A stretch of DNA of 54,951 nt from Actinomycetota bacterium (GCA_043810615.1 JBDROA010000201.1:1-54951), one strand, 5' to 3'; numbered from the stretch's first letter, positions 43,872-52,549 are shown. Made by a program: numbers and translations. The notes: a model not told the origin generated them from the letters alone.

Positions 43872-43960
43872 GTGCGAAGGCCCAAGGAACCTCGCCGGCT
43901 CCATCCCCCGCACTTCCCCAGACGAGGTACTCGACCGGCCCGGCACCTTGGGCCTCGCAC
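43872..43960. repeat. Long imperfect inverted repeat / structured element
   Basis: GTGCGAAGGCCCAAGG pairs with CCTTGGGCCTCGCAC (one bulge); inner ACCTCG/CGAGGT stem. Confidence 0.7.
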
Positions 43961-44087
43961 CATCGAAGATACGGGGCGCGGCGGGGATCGTCAATCGGTC
44001 CGGGCGCGCCGCGATTTCGCGAGCCTGCGAGACCACGGCGGGGCTACTTGAGGTCAACTGCCCCCAGACCGCAGTCGCCGCGCCGGG

Positions 44088-44143
44088 TGATCCACAGTAT
44101 CCACAGCCATCCACAGGCGGTTGTCCACAGGCCCTGTGGGCAA
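44088..44143. promoter_or_regulatory. Cluster of five DnaA-box-like 9-mers
   Basis: TGATCCACA 44088, GTATCCACA 44097, CCATCCACA 44107, TTGTCCACA 44121, inverted TTGCCCACA 44135-44143. Confidence 0.75.
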
Positions 44144-44148
44144 GCCCA

Positions 44149-44357
44149 CTAGAGCTTTCTTTCGCGCTCCCGGGCCGACCCGATCAGGGCCGTCAGCGCC
44201 ACCGCTTCGGCCTCGTGGGCCTCGCCCAGGATGAGCTCCAGTTCCGTCGCGCTCGCCTCGGCCACGGGCACCCGGCTCAAACCACTGCGCTCTCCGGGTC
44301 GGCAGCCCACCGGCAGGTGACCCCCTCGACCAGTGGGCGCGCCTCCTCGACGCTCAC
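44149..44357 (-). pseudogene. Remnant of a small gene following mshA (possibly YbjN-domain), apparent internal deletion
   Basis: GTG coupled to the mshA stop gives VSVEEARPLVEG...AVV then stop; another frame gives protein-like RVPVAEASATELELILGEAHE...RKL; family guess rests on recalled mshA synteny. Confidence 0.45.
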
Positions 44358-45568
44358 GGCCGGGCGATCCCCGAGTACAGCTCGAGCAAGCGGTCGGCGG
44401 TGGCAGGCCAGGAGAACCTCTCGGCCTGGGCGAGCGCCCCGGTCGAGAGCCGGGCCGACAGACCCGGCTCGGTGAGGATGCGGAGCAGCGCCGCGGCGTA
44501 GTCGCCCGGGTCCCAGCCGGAGACCAGGATCCCCGACTCGCCGTCGGCCACGGCGTGCGCCAGGCCGCCAACCGCGGCGCCCACCACCGGCACGCCACAC
44601 GCCTGGGCTTCGACGGCCACCAGCCCGAAGGACTCGCTGCGCGACGGCACGACCACCACGTCGGCCGCCCGGTAGTAGTCGGCGAGCTCGGTGTGCGGCA
44701 CGGGCGGGAGGAAGCGGGCCCGGCCGCCGAAGCCGGCCGCGCCGACGGCGGCCCGGAGCCGGGCGGCCTCCTCCGCCCCCTGCGGGCCGCTCGGCCCTCC
44801 GACCACCAGCAGGCGGCACCCCGGCAGGGAGCCCGCCAGCCGGGCGAAGGCCTCTACGGCCACGTCTGCTCCTTTGAGCGGCTGGAGGCGCCCCACGAAG
44901 AGCACCAGGGGCCCGTCGGCCGCCAGGCCCCGCGCCGCCCGCGCCTCACTCCGGGACCCGGGGGAGAACACACCGTGGTCCACCCCCGGCGGGGAGACGC
45001 AGAGGCGCTCCGGGTTGGCCGCGTAGTGCTCGATGAGTTGGGCGGCCTCAACGGGGGTCGAGGCGATGACGCACCCGGCCCGGGCGATCACCTCGGTCTC
45101 GGCGGCGAGGCGCAGCAGTCCGGCGGGGGCCTGGTCGGCCCGGCGGGTGGCGTCCTTCACCCGCCCGAGGGTGTGGAAGGAGATGGCGAGGGGCACTCGC
45201 AGCACCTCGTGCAGCAGCAGCCCGGCCCAACCCGACAGCCAGTAGTGGCTGTGGAGAACGTCGTACGCGGCGCGGTGGCGCACCGCCCAGCGCGCCACCC
45301 CCTCGGCGAAATCTCCCACGGCCTCGGCGAGGGCGTCGTCCCCGGCGCCGCCCGTGGGGCCCGAGGCCAATTGCACCACGCGGTAGCCGGGGACCACCTC
45401 GACCTCCCCGGCGGCGGCGCCCCGGGTGAACACGTCCACCTGCACTCCGCGCCCTGCCATGACCTGGGCCAGTTCGTGGACGTAGACGTTCATCCCCCCG
45501 GCGTCGTCCGAACCGGGCGCGGCCAGCGGCGAGGTGTGGATGCTGAGGTAGGCGACCCGCGCGATCAC
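44354..45568 (-). CDS. mshA: D-inositol-3-phosphate glycosyltransferase (mycothiol biosynthesis)
   Basis: HTSPLAAPGSDDAGGMNVYV, HSHYWLSG, GRLQPLKG, SESFGLVAVEAQACG. Confidence 0.9.
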   Translation of the reverse strand: MIARVAYLSIHTSPLAAPGSDDAGGMNVYVHELAQVMAGRGVQVDVFTRGAAAGEVEVVPGYRVVQLASGPTGGAGDDALAEAVGDFAEGVARWAVRHRAAYDVLHSHYWLSGWAGLLLHEVLRVPLAISFHTLGRVKDATRRADQAPAGLLRLAAETEVIARAGCVIASTPVEAAQLIEHYAANPERLCVSPPGVDHGVFSPGSRSEARAARGLAADGPLVLFVGRLQPLKGADVAVEAFARLAGSLPGCRLLVVGGPSGPQGAEEAARLRAAVGAAGFGGRARFLPPVPHTELADYYRAADVVVVPSRSESFGLVAVEAQACGVPVVGAAVGGLAHAVADGESGILVSGWDPGDYAAALLRILTEPGLSARLSTGALAQAERFSWPATADRLLELYSGIARP

Positions 45569-46473
45569 CGCACTCCCTCCACCACGAACAGGGGCCGGGG
45601 CCGGCCCCCGAGGCGGAACTTGTAGGCCTCATCCCCCTTGAGGAAGTCGAAGCGGGCCAGGCCGGCCTCTATGGCCTGCTGCACCAGCAGGTCCACCAGC
45701 ACCGCTCCCGGTGAGGCGCCGGCCGCTGCCGGGTCGTTGGCCGAGTGGTACAGGTAGTAGGCCCGCTCGTCCTGGAAGCCGAACGCGGCCGCCACCGGCG
45801 TCCCGCCGGGACCCGCCAGCAGGTCGAGGCGGGCGCCCTCGATCTCGAGCAGATCTCCGAAGAAGTCCTCCAACTCGCCGGTTAGAAAGCCCCCCTTCGC
45901 CCCGGGGGCGGCGCGGTGCATGGCGGCGAAGACGGGCAGGCCATCGTCCCCCGCCCTCTCAAGGCGCCCGGGACCGAAGGACGCCTCGAAACGGCGGCGC
46001 TTGCGCCGCACTTCGTGGCGCTCCTTGCCGTCCAGGACGGCCAGGTACTCCTCGCGGGTGGCCGGCAGGTCGAGGATCACCGCCGCGGCGTGCGGTTCGG
46101 AACGCACCGGCACCCCGGCCGCGGCGGCGCCGGCGGTCACCACCGCGGCGGCTTCCTCCGGCATCGAGTCGAAGCGAAAGGGGGTCCCCGGCTCCAGACC
46201 CGCCACCAGTTGCGCCACCAGGCCGGTGGCCCCGGGGCCCAGTGGGGCGTGGTAGTCGGTGAGGTCGGCCTCCCCCATGAACTCCACCGACCCGTCGGGG
46301 AGGCGCCGGGCCGGGAGCAGCGCGGTGGCGGATTCGAAGATGAGCGCCTCCCCCTCCCCCCGGTGGCGCCACCAGGCTTCCAGGAAGGACCGCTCCGGGA
46401 ACGGGCCGCACAGATCGGCGGTGGGAGGGAGGCCGAATCCGGAGGAGCCCCAGTCGTCGGAGGCCGGTCTCAC
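45565..46473 (-). CDS. GNAT-family acetyltransferase (CelD/BcsL-like)
   Basis: TDYH.PL, LDLP...EYL..L..KERHEVRRKRRR, SPG..L, FDFLKGDEAYKFRLG. Confidence 0.85.
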   Translation of the reverse strand: MRPASDDWGSSGFGLPPTADLCGPFPERSFLEAWWRHRGEGEALIFESATALLPARRLPDGSVEFMGEADLTDYHAPLGPGATGLVAQLVAGLEPGTPFRFDSMPEEAAAVVTAGAAAAGVPVRSEPHAAAVILDLPATREEYLAVLDGKERHEVRRKRRRFEASFGPGRLERAGDDGLPVFAAMHRAAPGAKGGFLTGELEDFFGDLLEIEGARLDLLAGPGGTPVAAAFGFQDERAYYLYHSANDPAAAGASPGAVLVDLLVQQAIEAGLARFDFLKGDEAYKFRLGGRPRPLFVVEGVR

Positions 46474-47411
46474 CCGCGGCCTTCCAGCACCTGGAGGTGG
46501 CCGACGGGGCGGCCGCCGCCCAGCACGACCGGGCGGGCCACGCCGGCGAGCATCTCGGCACCGTAGTCCGGGAGGGCGCCCAGGTGCCGCAGGGCAGCGA
46601 TCACAGCCACTATGGCCGGAGCGTCCTGGCCCGTCCAGCCCTTGGCGGCCACCCCGAGGCCGCCGAACCAGGCGACCCCGACACAGCCCTGCGCCCCGCC
46701 CTTGACCGCGGCGTGACACCAGCGAGCCAGTTGCGCCTCGGGCCGGTCGCCGTCGGAGGTGAGCGAGGCGAAGCGCACCATGGCGTCGGCGACGGGGGCC
46801 AGGGCCGGGTCCGTGGCCAGGCGGGCGAAGGCCGCAGCGAGGCCGGTCGTCGTGCCGCGGAAGGTGGGCACGCCGCAGCCGTCCACCCCTACCGGGTCCG
46901 GTAACTCCCCGCTGGCGTCCGCAACCTCCTCCCGGATCTCCTGCTGCAGGGGATGACCCGGGTCGGTGTACTGCAGCGACCAACCCCGGGCGACGCAGGC
47001 CCGCAGCATGGCAGCGTGCTTGCCGGAGCAGTTGTGGAACAGGCGGTGGGGAGCGCCCACCCCGGAGGCGGCGAGGCGGCGCGCCGCTCTCTCCGAAGAG
47101 GGCCACGCTTGCGGGCACAGGAGGTGCTCAGGGCCCAGGCCCACCTCGGCCAGCATGCGCTCCGCCAGCGCGACGTGGACCGGCTGGCCGCCGTGGCTGG
47201 CGGCCGCCAGCGCCAGTTGCTCGGGGGCCAGGGTGGGGCCGTGGCGGCGCGAGACCGCCGCCTGGAAAGGCTTGGCCGCCGAGCGGAAGAAGAAGCGGGT
47301 GGCCTGGTCCTCCCCGGAACGGAACACCACAGCCCCTCCGGCGTCGACCGCGGCCACGGTGACGGGGTGACGCGACTCGACCAGCCCGGAGCGAACCATC
47401 CCGATGAGCAC
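46470..47411 (-). CDS. L-asparaginase type II / Rhizobium AnsA-like family
   Basis: RSGLVESRH, RSAAKPFQA, ASHGG, HNCSGKH, DGCG.P, KGGAQG. Confidence 0.88.
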   Translation of the reverse strand: MLIGMVRSGLVESRHPVTVAAVDAGGAVVFRSGEDQATRFFFRSAAKPFQAAVSRRHGPTLAPEQLALAAASHGGQPVHVALAERMLAEVGLGPEHLLCPQAWPSSERAARRLAASGVGAPHRLFHNCSGKHAAMLRACVARGWSLQYTDPGHPLQQEIREEVADASGELPDPVGVDGCGVPTFRGTTTGLAAAFARLATDPALAPVADAMVRFASLTSDGDRPEAQLARWCHAAVKGGAQGCVGVAWFGGLGVAAKGWTGQDAPAIVAVIAALRHLGALPDYGAEMLAGVARPVVLGGGRPVGHLQVLEGRG

Positions 47412-47413
47412 GG

Positions 47414-47953
47414 CTACACCGGCGGTACGGCGTCCCCGCCCCGCAGGCTCCGGTGGTAGCGGCGCACCAGTTCTGCCTGGAGGAGGTCGGAGGCCTCGAA
47501 CACGACACGGCGCTGCCGCGAGATCTCGGCTTCGGTCTCGGCCAGGCGATGCTGCGCCACGCCCAGTTCGGGGTCGCCCATCTCGGGGAGGCGGGCCAGG
47601 AAGTCGTCGGCCAGGGCCAGGTCCACCGCCCGGCGACCCTGCATCGGCAGATTGGGCATCTTCACCGGCACCCGGCGCTCGGGCAGCCCCGGCTCGCCGG
47701 CGGTCCACGAGGCCAGCACCTCGGGAAGGGCTTCGAGGAGACTGCGCTGCTCCTCTCCCCCCCGGCGGCGCACCTCGAAGGCGAGGAGGTCGAGGCGGCC
47801 CTGCAGCAGCCGCCGATAGTACGAGAACTCGACATCGAGGTCGACGCAGATGCGGCGCCGCGACCGAAGTTCCTCGAGGGACAAGTCCTCCAGGCCGGAG
47901 GTGAACTCCGGCGACTGGATCAAGTCGATGCGGCGGCGGGGGGGGTGGGTCAC
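47414..47953 (-). CDS. rsiG: RsiG/AmfC-like anti-sigma factor (c-di-GMP-binding family)
   Basis: Two helical repeats: DVEFSYYRRLLQGRLD and EAEISRQRRVVFEASD..QAELVRRY. Confidence 0.8.
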   Translation of the reverse strand: MTHPPRRRIDLIQSPEFTSGLEDLSLEELRSRRRICVDLDVEFSYYRRLLQGRLDLLAFEVRRRGGEEQRSLLEALPEVLASWTAGEPGLPERRVPVKMPNLPMQGRRAVDLALADDFLARLPEMGDPELGVAQHRLAETEAEISRQRRVVFEASDLLQAELVRRYHRSLRGGDAVPPV

Positions 47954-48002
47954 GGCAATGGAAGGGTGGACGGGCGCCAGCCTATCCCATCGCCGCCGGG
48001 TT

Positions 48003-49163
48003 TCAACAGGCGTGGCGGCTGAGGGTGGGATACGGATTCACCGGCGAGGTGCCGTATCCGTTGGGGCGGATCTCGAAGTGAAGGTGGTAGGCCCCCGGTG
48101 CCGAGTTGCCGGTGTCTCCCATGTAGCCGATGACCGTGCCCGCCGCCACCCACTGACCCGACACCTGCCCCGCGGGGTAGACGTCGATATGGGCGTACAG
48201 GAAGGCCGCGCCGTAGTCGGCGTGGAGCCACAGGTTGTTCCCTCCGAGGAGGCTGTTCCCCGGGCGGATGATCCCATCGGCAACGGCGACCAGCGGCGTG
48301 CCCTTGGGCCCCATCAGGTCCGTGCCGACGTGGCGCCGGCCTTCGGCCCGCGGCGCCCCCCAGGAGTTCGTGTAGAAGTTGGGCCCGGCGACCGGGCAGA
48401 CGAACCCGGGGGTGGCCTCGTCGGCCACACCCCCTGCCGGGTTGAGCAAGGCCTGGCGGATCACCTCCTGCCGGTACTCCCGGCTCAGGCGGCGCTGCCT
48501 CTCGATCTCCTCGAGGCGGCGCCGTTCGGCGAGAGCGGCTTCGGCGGCAGTCAGGTTCTGGTTCGCGGAGGCGAGGTCCGTCTCGCGCTCCGCCAGCAGC
48601 TCGTACATCCGGGCGGCCACCGCCTCGGCCTCAAGGCGCAGGTCCCCGGCCTGCGCCGTATCCGTCTCCAGTTCCACCTCGAGGCGGGCCATCTCGGCGG
48701 TGATGGCCTCCATGTTGTCCAGCGACGCCGCCTGCTCTTCGATGGCCCGGACCAGCACCTGGCGGGCCACCAGCGCCTGCTGGGCCCGGTCGCTGACGAA
48801 GAGGCCCGACCCCGAGCTCTGCTGAGGCCCCAGCATGTAGGCCGACACCGCTCGCTCCCTGATCTCGGCTCGCATGCGGCGGACCTCGACTTCATAGGCG
48901 TCGATACGGCTGCGCATCTGGCCGATGCGGAAGATAAGCGATTGGTACTGCCCGTTGAGGTCTTCGTAGGCCTCGGCCGCCTCATTCAGGTCGGTGAGGG
49001 CGGCGGCGCGAGCGGCGGCCGCCTCCTGCTGCACCCGGCGGGCTTCGGTCACTTCCTCCTCGCTCGCCGAGCGCGCCGGGGCCGCCGTGCCGAGCACCAC
49101 GAGGGCGACGAACAGGGTGAACCCGTGACGAGCGAGCCGCGACAGGACGGGCATCGAGGTCAT
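48003..49163 (-). CDS. Secreted coiled-coil M23 peptidase (peptidoglycan hydrolase family)
   Basis: Signal peptide, long coiled coil, H.GTD, YAHI, GYMGDTGN, HLHFEI. Confidence 0.9.
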   Translation of the reverse strand: MTSMPVLSRLARHGFTLFVALVVLGTAAPARSASEEEVTEARRVQQEAAAARAAALTDLNEAAEAYEDLNGQYQSLIFRIGQMRSRIDAYEVEVRRMRAEIRERAVSAYMLGPQQSSGSGLFVSDRAQQALVARQVLVRAIEEQAASLDNMEAITAEMARLEVELETDTAQAGDLRLEAEAVAARMYELLAERETDLASANQNLTAAEAALAERRRLEEIERQRRLSREYRQEVIRQALLNPAGGVADEATPGFVCPVAGPNFYTNSWGAPRAEGRRHVGTDLMGPKGTPLVAVADGIIRPGNSLLGGNNLWLHADYGAAFLYAHIDVYPAGQVSGQWVAAGTVIGYMGDTGNSAPGAYHLHFEIRPNGYGTSPVNPYPTLSRHAC

Positions 49164-49181
49164 GCTATGGCCGGTATCGAG

Positions 49182-49190
49182 TTATCCACA
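49182..49190 (+). promoter_or_regulatory. Consensus DnaA box upstream of the M23 gene
   Basis: TTATCCACA 19-27 nt upstream of the ATG at 49163. Confidence 0.6.
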
Positions 49191-49247
49191 GTCTTTCCGC
49201 AGCCATCGGCAAAGCGGCGAGGCCGGTAAAGGGGAACGGCGGCGAAG

Positions 49248-50228
49248 TCAGACCAGCAGGTGCAGCGCCAGCCAGAAGGCACCGGCGGCCATGATCACCC
49301 CGTCGAGGTGGACCAGGCTGCCCTGGGTGGCACCCGAGAGGAAGAAACCGCCGGAGCGGGCCAGCGAGCCCACGTTGCGCCCCGCGACCAGGCCCGCCGC
49401 GGCTGCGGCCGCCGCCACCACCGTGGGCCACAGATCCTCAGACCACACCGCTCCCGCCAGCACCCCGGCCCCGAGAGCGCCGAGCACCCCGGCGGTCAGG
49501 GGGTCTACCGGAGCCAGATCGGTGGTCGCCGCCACCCAGGACACCGCCACCGCGATCGCCGCCACCAGCAGGAAGGAGGTCATCTCCGCCTCGGAGCGCA
49601 GGCGGAGCACCATCAGGGCTCCGGTGCCGAAAGCCCCCACGGCCGACAGGAGCGCTCCGGTGGCGGTGGACTCCAGGGATCGCAGGTGTGGGGTGAGCAC
49701 GCTCCACGCCAGGGCGAGGAGGACCGCCCCCACCGTGGCGATCGCCATCCCCGTGTTGCCGAAGCGATAGGAGGCCAGCGTGCCGGCGGTCACCGCCAGG
49801 ATGATCGGCACCGCCCCCACCCAGAGCCCGCGTCGGCCGGCGGCGCCGGCCAGGTCGTAGCCCCACAACAGCCCGGTGAGCACCACCGCCACCGCGAACC
49901 ACTGCGGCGAGAGGGCATTGCCGATGAACAGAGCGGCCGTGACCCCGGCCAGCAGGGCCAGTTCCAGCCCCACGGGGGAGCGCACCACCGTGGTGCCCCC
50001 CGAAATCGGCGGGATCAGGGCGACCTCGTCGTCGTCGCGGATCGGGGTGGCCGGGCCCGCCCGCTCCCCGTTCACCCAGGTCTGGGCGGTGAGCAGGGCC
50101 CGGGCAAAAGCCGGGCCGAAGCGGGCGGTGGCGTTGGCCACCACCTCCTCGACCGTCTCGCCGGGGACCTCGACGGAACCCGCTCCGGCGACCTCACGCA
50201 GGCTGGCGAAGAGGCGCAGGCGGGCCAT
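49248..50228 (-). CDS. MoaD/ThiS ubiquitin-like domain fused to a multi-TM (CdsA-like) membrane domain
   Basis: MARLRLFASLRE.AG...VNGE...DDEVALIPPISGG continues without a stop into about 250 hydrophobic residues. Confidence 0.8.
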   Translation of the reverse strand: MARLRLFASLREVAGAGSVEVPGETVEEVVANATARFGPAFARALLTAQTWVNGERAGPATPIRDDDEVALIPPISGGTTVVRSPVGLELALLAGVTAALFIGNALSPQWFAVAVVLTGLLWGYDLAGAAGRRGLWVGAVPIILAVTAGTLASYRFGNTGMAIATVGAVLLALAWSVLTPHLRSLESTATGALLSAVGAFGTGALMVLRLRSEAEMTSFLLVAAIAVAVSWVAATTDLAPVDPLTAGVLGALGAGVLAGAVWSEDLWPTVVAAAAAAAGLVAGRNVGSLARSGGFFLSGATQGSLVHLDGVIMAAGAFWLALHLLV

Positions 50229-50516
50229 CAACGGGCCGCCCGTCGTCGCCGGGGCCGCTCTCCGCGACGCGGCGCGTCCTGGGGCCGGGGCCCCGGGGCC
50301 CGCCGTCCCGGTGATTTCACGCCGTTCATCGACCCTTCCCTCCGCCGCGGCCGGCATCGTCGGCAGGCCCGTCCCCGGGGCTCCCGATCCGGTTCACGGT
50401 CGAACCGTATCGCGGCGGTCCCTGCGGCCCATCGACGCCACGCTCTCAGGCTACCGGGTGAGGCCGTCCCCGACGGGGAGCCAACCGCTTCCCCCGCCCC
50501 CCCGGAGCGCGCCCGC

Positions 50517-51686
50517 TCAGTCTTCCTCCACGAAGGTGAACCCGAAGAAGTCCTGGGCCCGCCGCCCCTCTTCGGTGAGGGCGATGGGGTCTTCCTCGTC
50601 GAGCACGCCGTCGCCGTCGAAGTCGATGCGCACTCGCACCCAGAAGGTGGCGTCGGCGGTGAGGGCGGTCTCGAACTCGAAGTCCACACCGGTGGCGGTC
50701 CCCGCGGGGAGCAGGTCGCTCACCAGCAGGACCCGTCCCGGGGAGCCCGCCTGGTCGACGCGCAGTTCCAGGAACCCACCGGAGGGCAGCGTCACCGAGG
50801 CAACCGTCACCACCGACCCGTCGCCCTCCTGGTCCTCTACCTCGAGCACCGTGGGCGCCAGGCGCACCACCGTGACCACCGCCGTCGCCCGGGCCGGGCC
50901 GCCGTCGGAGCCCTGGGCCACGTCGTCGAGCGAGTCGGCCGAGGTGAGCCCGGCCACGCCGTCGCCATCGCGGTCCACGTAGGCGACGGCGAACACCTGC
51001 TGGGTGGTTTCGAGGGGCCGGTCCAGAGTGAGCACCACGTCTCGCGAGGTCCCTTCCGGGAGCAGGGCACTGAGTCCCAGGATCGCCCCGGGAACTCCGT
51101 CCTCGTCGGCGTGCAGCGCCACGAAGCCCGGGGCGGGCAGGGTCACCTCGGCCACCACTACACCGGCGCCATCGCTGCGTTGATCGGCCAGATCGATGGC
51201 CGCCGGGGCCAGCGGGGGCAGCAAGTCGATGGTCGCCGCGGCGGTGGCCGGGTCGCCGTCGGCCAGGGTGGCGGGGAGGTCCACGAAGTCGTCGGGAGGC
51301 TCGTAGCGAAACTGCCCGTCGCGGTCCATGTCGATGTGCAAGGTGGCGTGCAGCACCGCTCCGGCCTCGAGCGGGAAGAAGAGCGGCACCACCACTCCGG
51401 ACACCGTCCCCCGCTCGATGAGCTCGGACACCCCCAGAACCTCCCCCGGAGTGCCGGAGGCGTCCGACTGCAGGACCACGAAACCGGCCGAGGGCAAGGT
51501 CGCCGAGCCCACGATCACCGCCGAACCCTCCACCCGCTGATCGACGAAGACGAGGGCGCCCGGCCCGGTGGCCGGAGGCACGTCGGCCGGGTCCACCATC
51601 GTCGTAGTGGTGGTGCCCGAAGACTCGTAGGCACACCCCCCGGCGGCGAGGGCCAGGGCAATGACGAAGGGGAAGAGGCGCCGCAT
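50517..51686 (-). CDS. Lipoprotein with three tandem acidic beta-rich repeats
   Basis: Lipobox AAGGC, Thr linker, three DQxxxG..V.V...TLP..GF units each with a DxDxDG motif. Confidence 0.8.
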   Translation of the reverse strand: MRRLFPFVIALALAAGGCAYESSGTTTTTMVDPADVPPATGPGALVFVDQRVEGSAVIVGSATLPSAGFVVLQSDASGTPGEVLGVSELIERGTVSGVVVPLFFPLEAGAVLHATLHIDMDRDGQFRYEPPDDFVDLPATLADGDPATAAATIDLLPPLAPAAIDLADQRSDGAGVVVAEVTLPAPGFVALHADEDGVPGAILGLSALLPEGTSRDVVLTLDRPLETTQQVFAVAYVDRDGDGVAGLTSADSLDDVAQGSDGGPARATAVVTVVRLAPTVLEVEDQEGDGSVVTVASVTLPSGGFLELRVDQAGSPGRVLLVSDLLPAGTATGVDFEFETALTADATFWVRVRIDFDGDGVLDEEDPIALTEEGRRAQDFFGFTFVEED

Positions 51687-51688
51687 GC

Positions 51689-52549
51689 TCACCCCAGGGT
51701 ATCGCCCGCCGGGGCTTGCGCCCGCCGTGCCCCCCACGCCGCCCACCCCCTGGTGCCAGCCAGCACTCCGAAGAAGACGGCCACCGCCAGCCCCGACATG
51801 GTGGCCCCGGCGGCGGTGTCGAGGTGATAGGAGATGAGCAGCCCCGCCGCCACCTCCACGACGCCCAGCGCCGCGGCCACCACCATCACCGTGGGAACGC
51901 GACGGGCCAGCAGCACCGCAGTGGCCGGCGGGGCGATGAGCAGACCGAAGACCAGGAGGGCGCCCACCGCCTGGAAGGAGGAGACCACGGCCAGAGTGAT
52001 CAGACCCATCATCACCAGGTGGGCCAGGCGGGGGTGAAGCCCCAGGGTGGCCGCCTTCTGCTCGTTGAAGCACAACACCAGCAGCGGCCGGTAGAAGAGG
52101 GCCACCCCGCCCAGGGCCAGCACCGCCGCCACCCCCTGCAGCACCAGGTCGCCCCCGGAGGTACCGAGCACGTCGCCGAAGAGGATGGTCACCAGGTCCA
52201 CGGCGAACGACCCGCTCCGGGAGATGATGATCACCCCCAGAGCGAGCATGCCCACAAACAGCAGGCCGATGGCGGTGTCCTCGGACAAGCGGGTGGTGCG
52301 GTGCACCAGGGAGATGGCCCCCACCATGATCAGCGCGGCCACCGTCGCCCCGGCCACCGGGTTGAGGTCGAGCAGCAAAGCCACGGCGATGCCGGGGAGG
52401 ACCCCGTGGGCCAGGGCGTCGCCCATGAAGGCCAGGCCTCGCAGGATCACCCAGGTGCCCACCACCGAGGTGGTGAGGACGGCGAGCACCCCAGCGGCCA
52501 GGGCCCGCTGCATAAAGTCGAAGGAGAAGGGGTGGGTCAGCCAGTCCAC
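51689..52549 (-). CDS. Zn/Mn ABC transporter permease (ZnuB/AztB-like)
   Basis: FMGDALAHGVLPG, EDTAIG, ILFGDVL, VGALLV. Confidence 0.93.
   Translation of the reverse strand: MDWLTHPFSFDFMQRALAAGVLAVLTTSVVGTWVILRGLAFMGDALAHGVLPGIAVALLLDLNPVAGATVAALIMVGAISLVHRTTRLSEDTAIGLLFVGMLALGVIIISRSGSFAVDLVTILFGDVLGTSGGDLVLQGVAAVLALGGVALFYRPLLVLCFNEQKAATLGLHPRLAHLVMMGLITLAVVSSFQAVGALLVFGLLIAPPATAVLLARRVPTVMVVAAALGVVEVAAGLLISYHLDTAAGATMSGLAVAVFFGVLAGTRGWAAWGARRAQAPAGDTLG

Noticed and set aside
44088-44143. oriC or a mini CRISPR array
   Set aside because: No dnaA/dnaN or AT-rich unwinding region in view; repeats are 9-mers without spacers and there are no cas genes. Kept only as a DnaA-box cluster.
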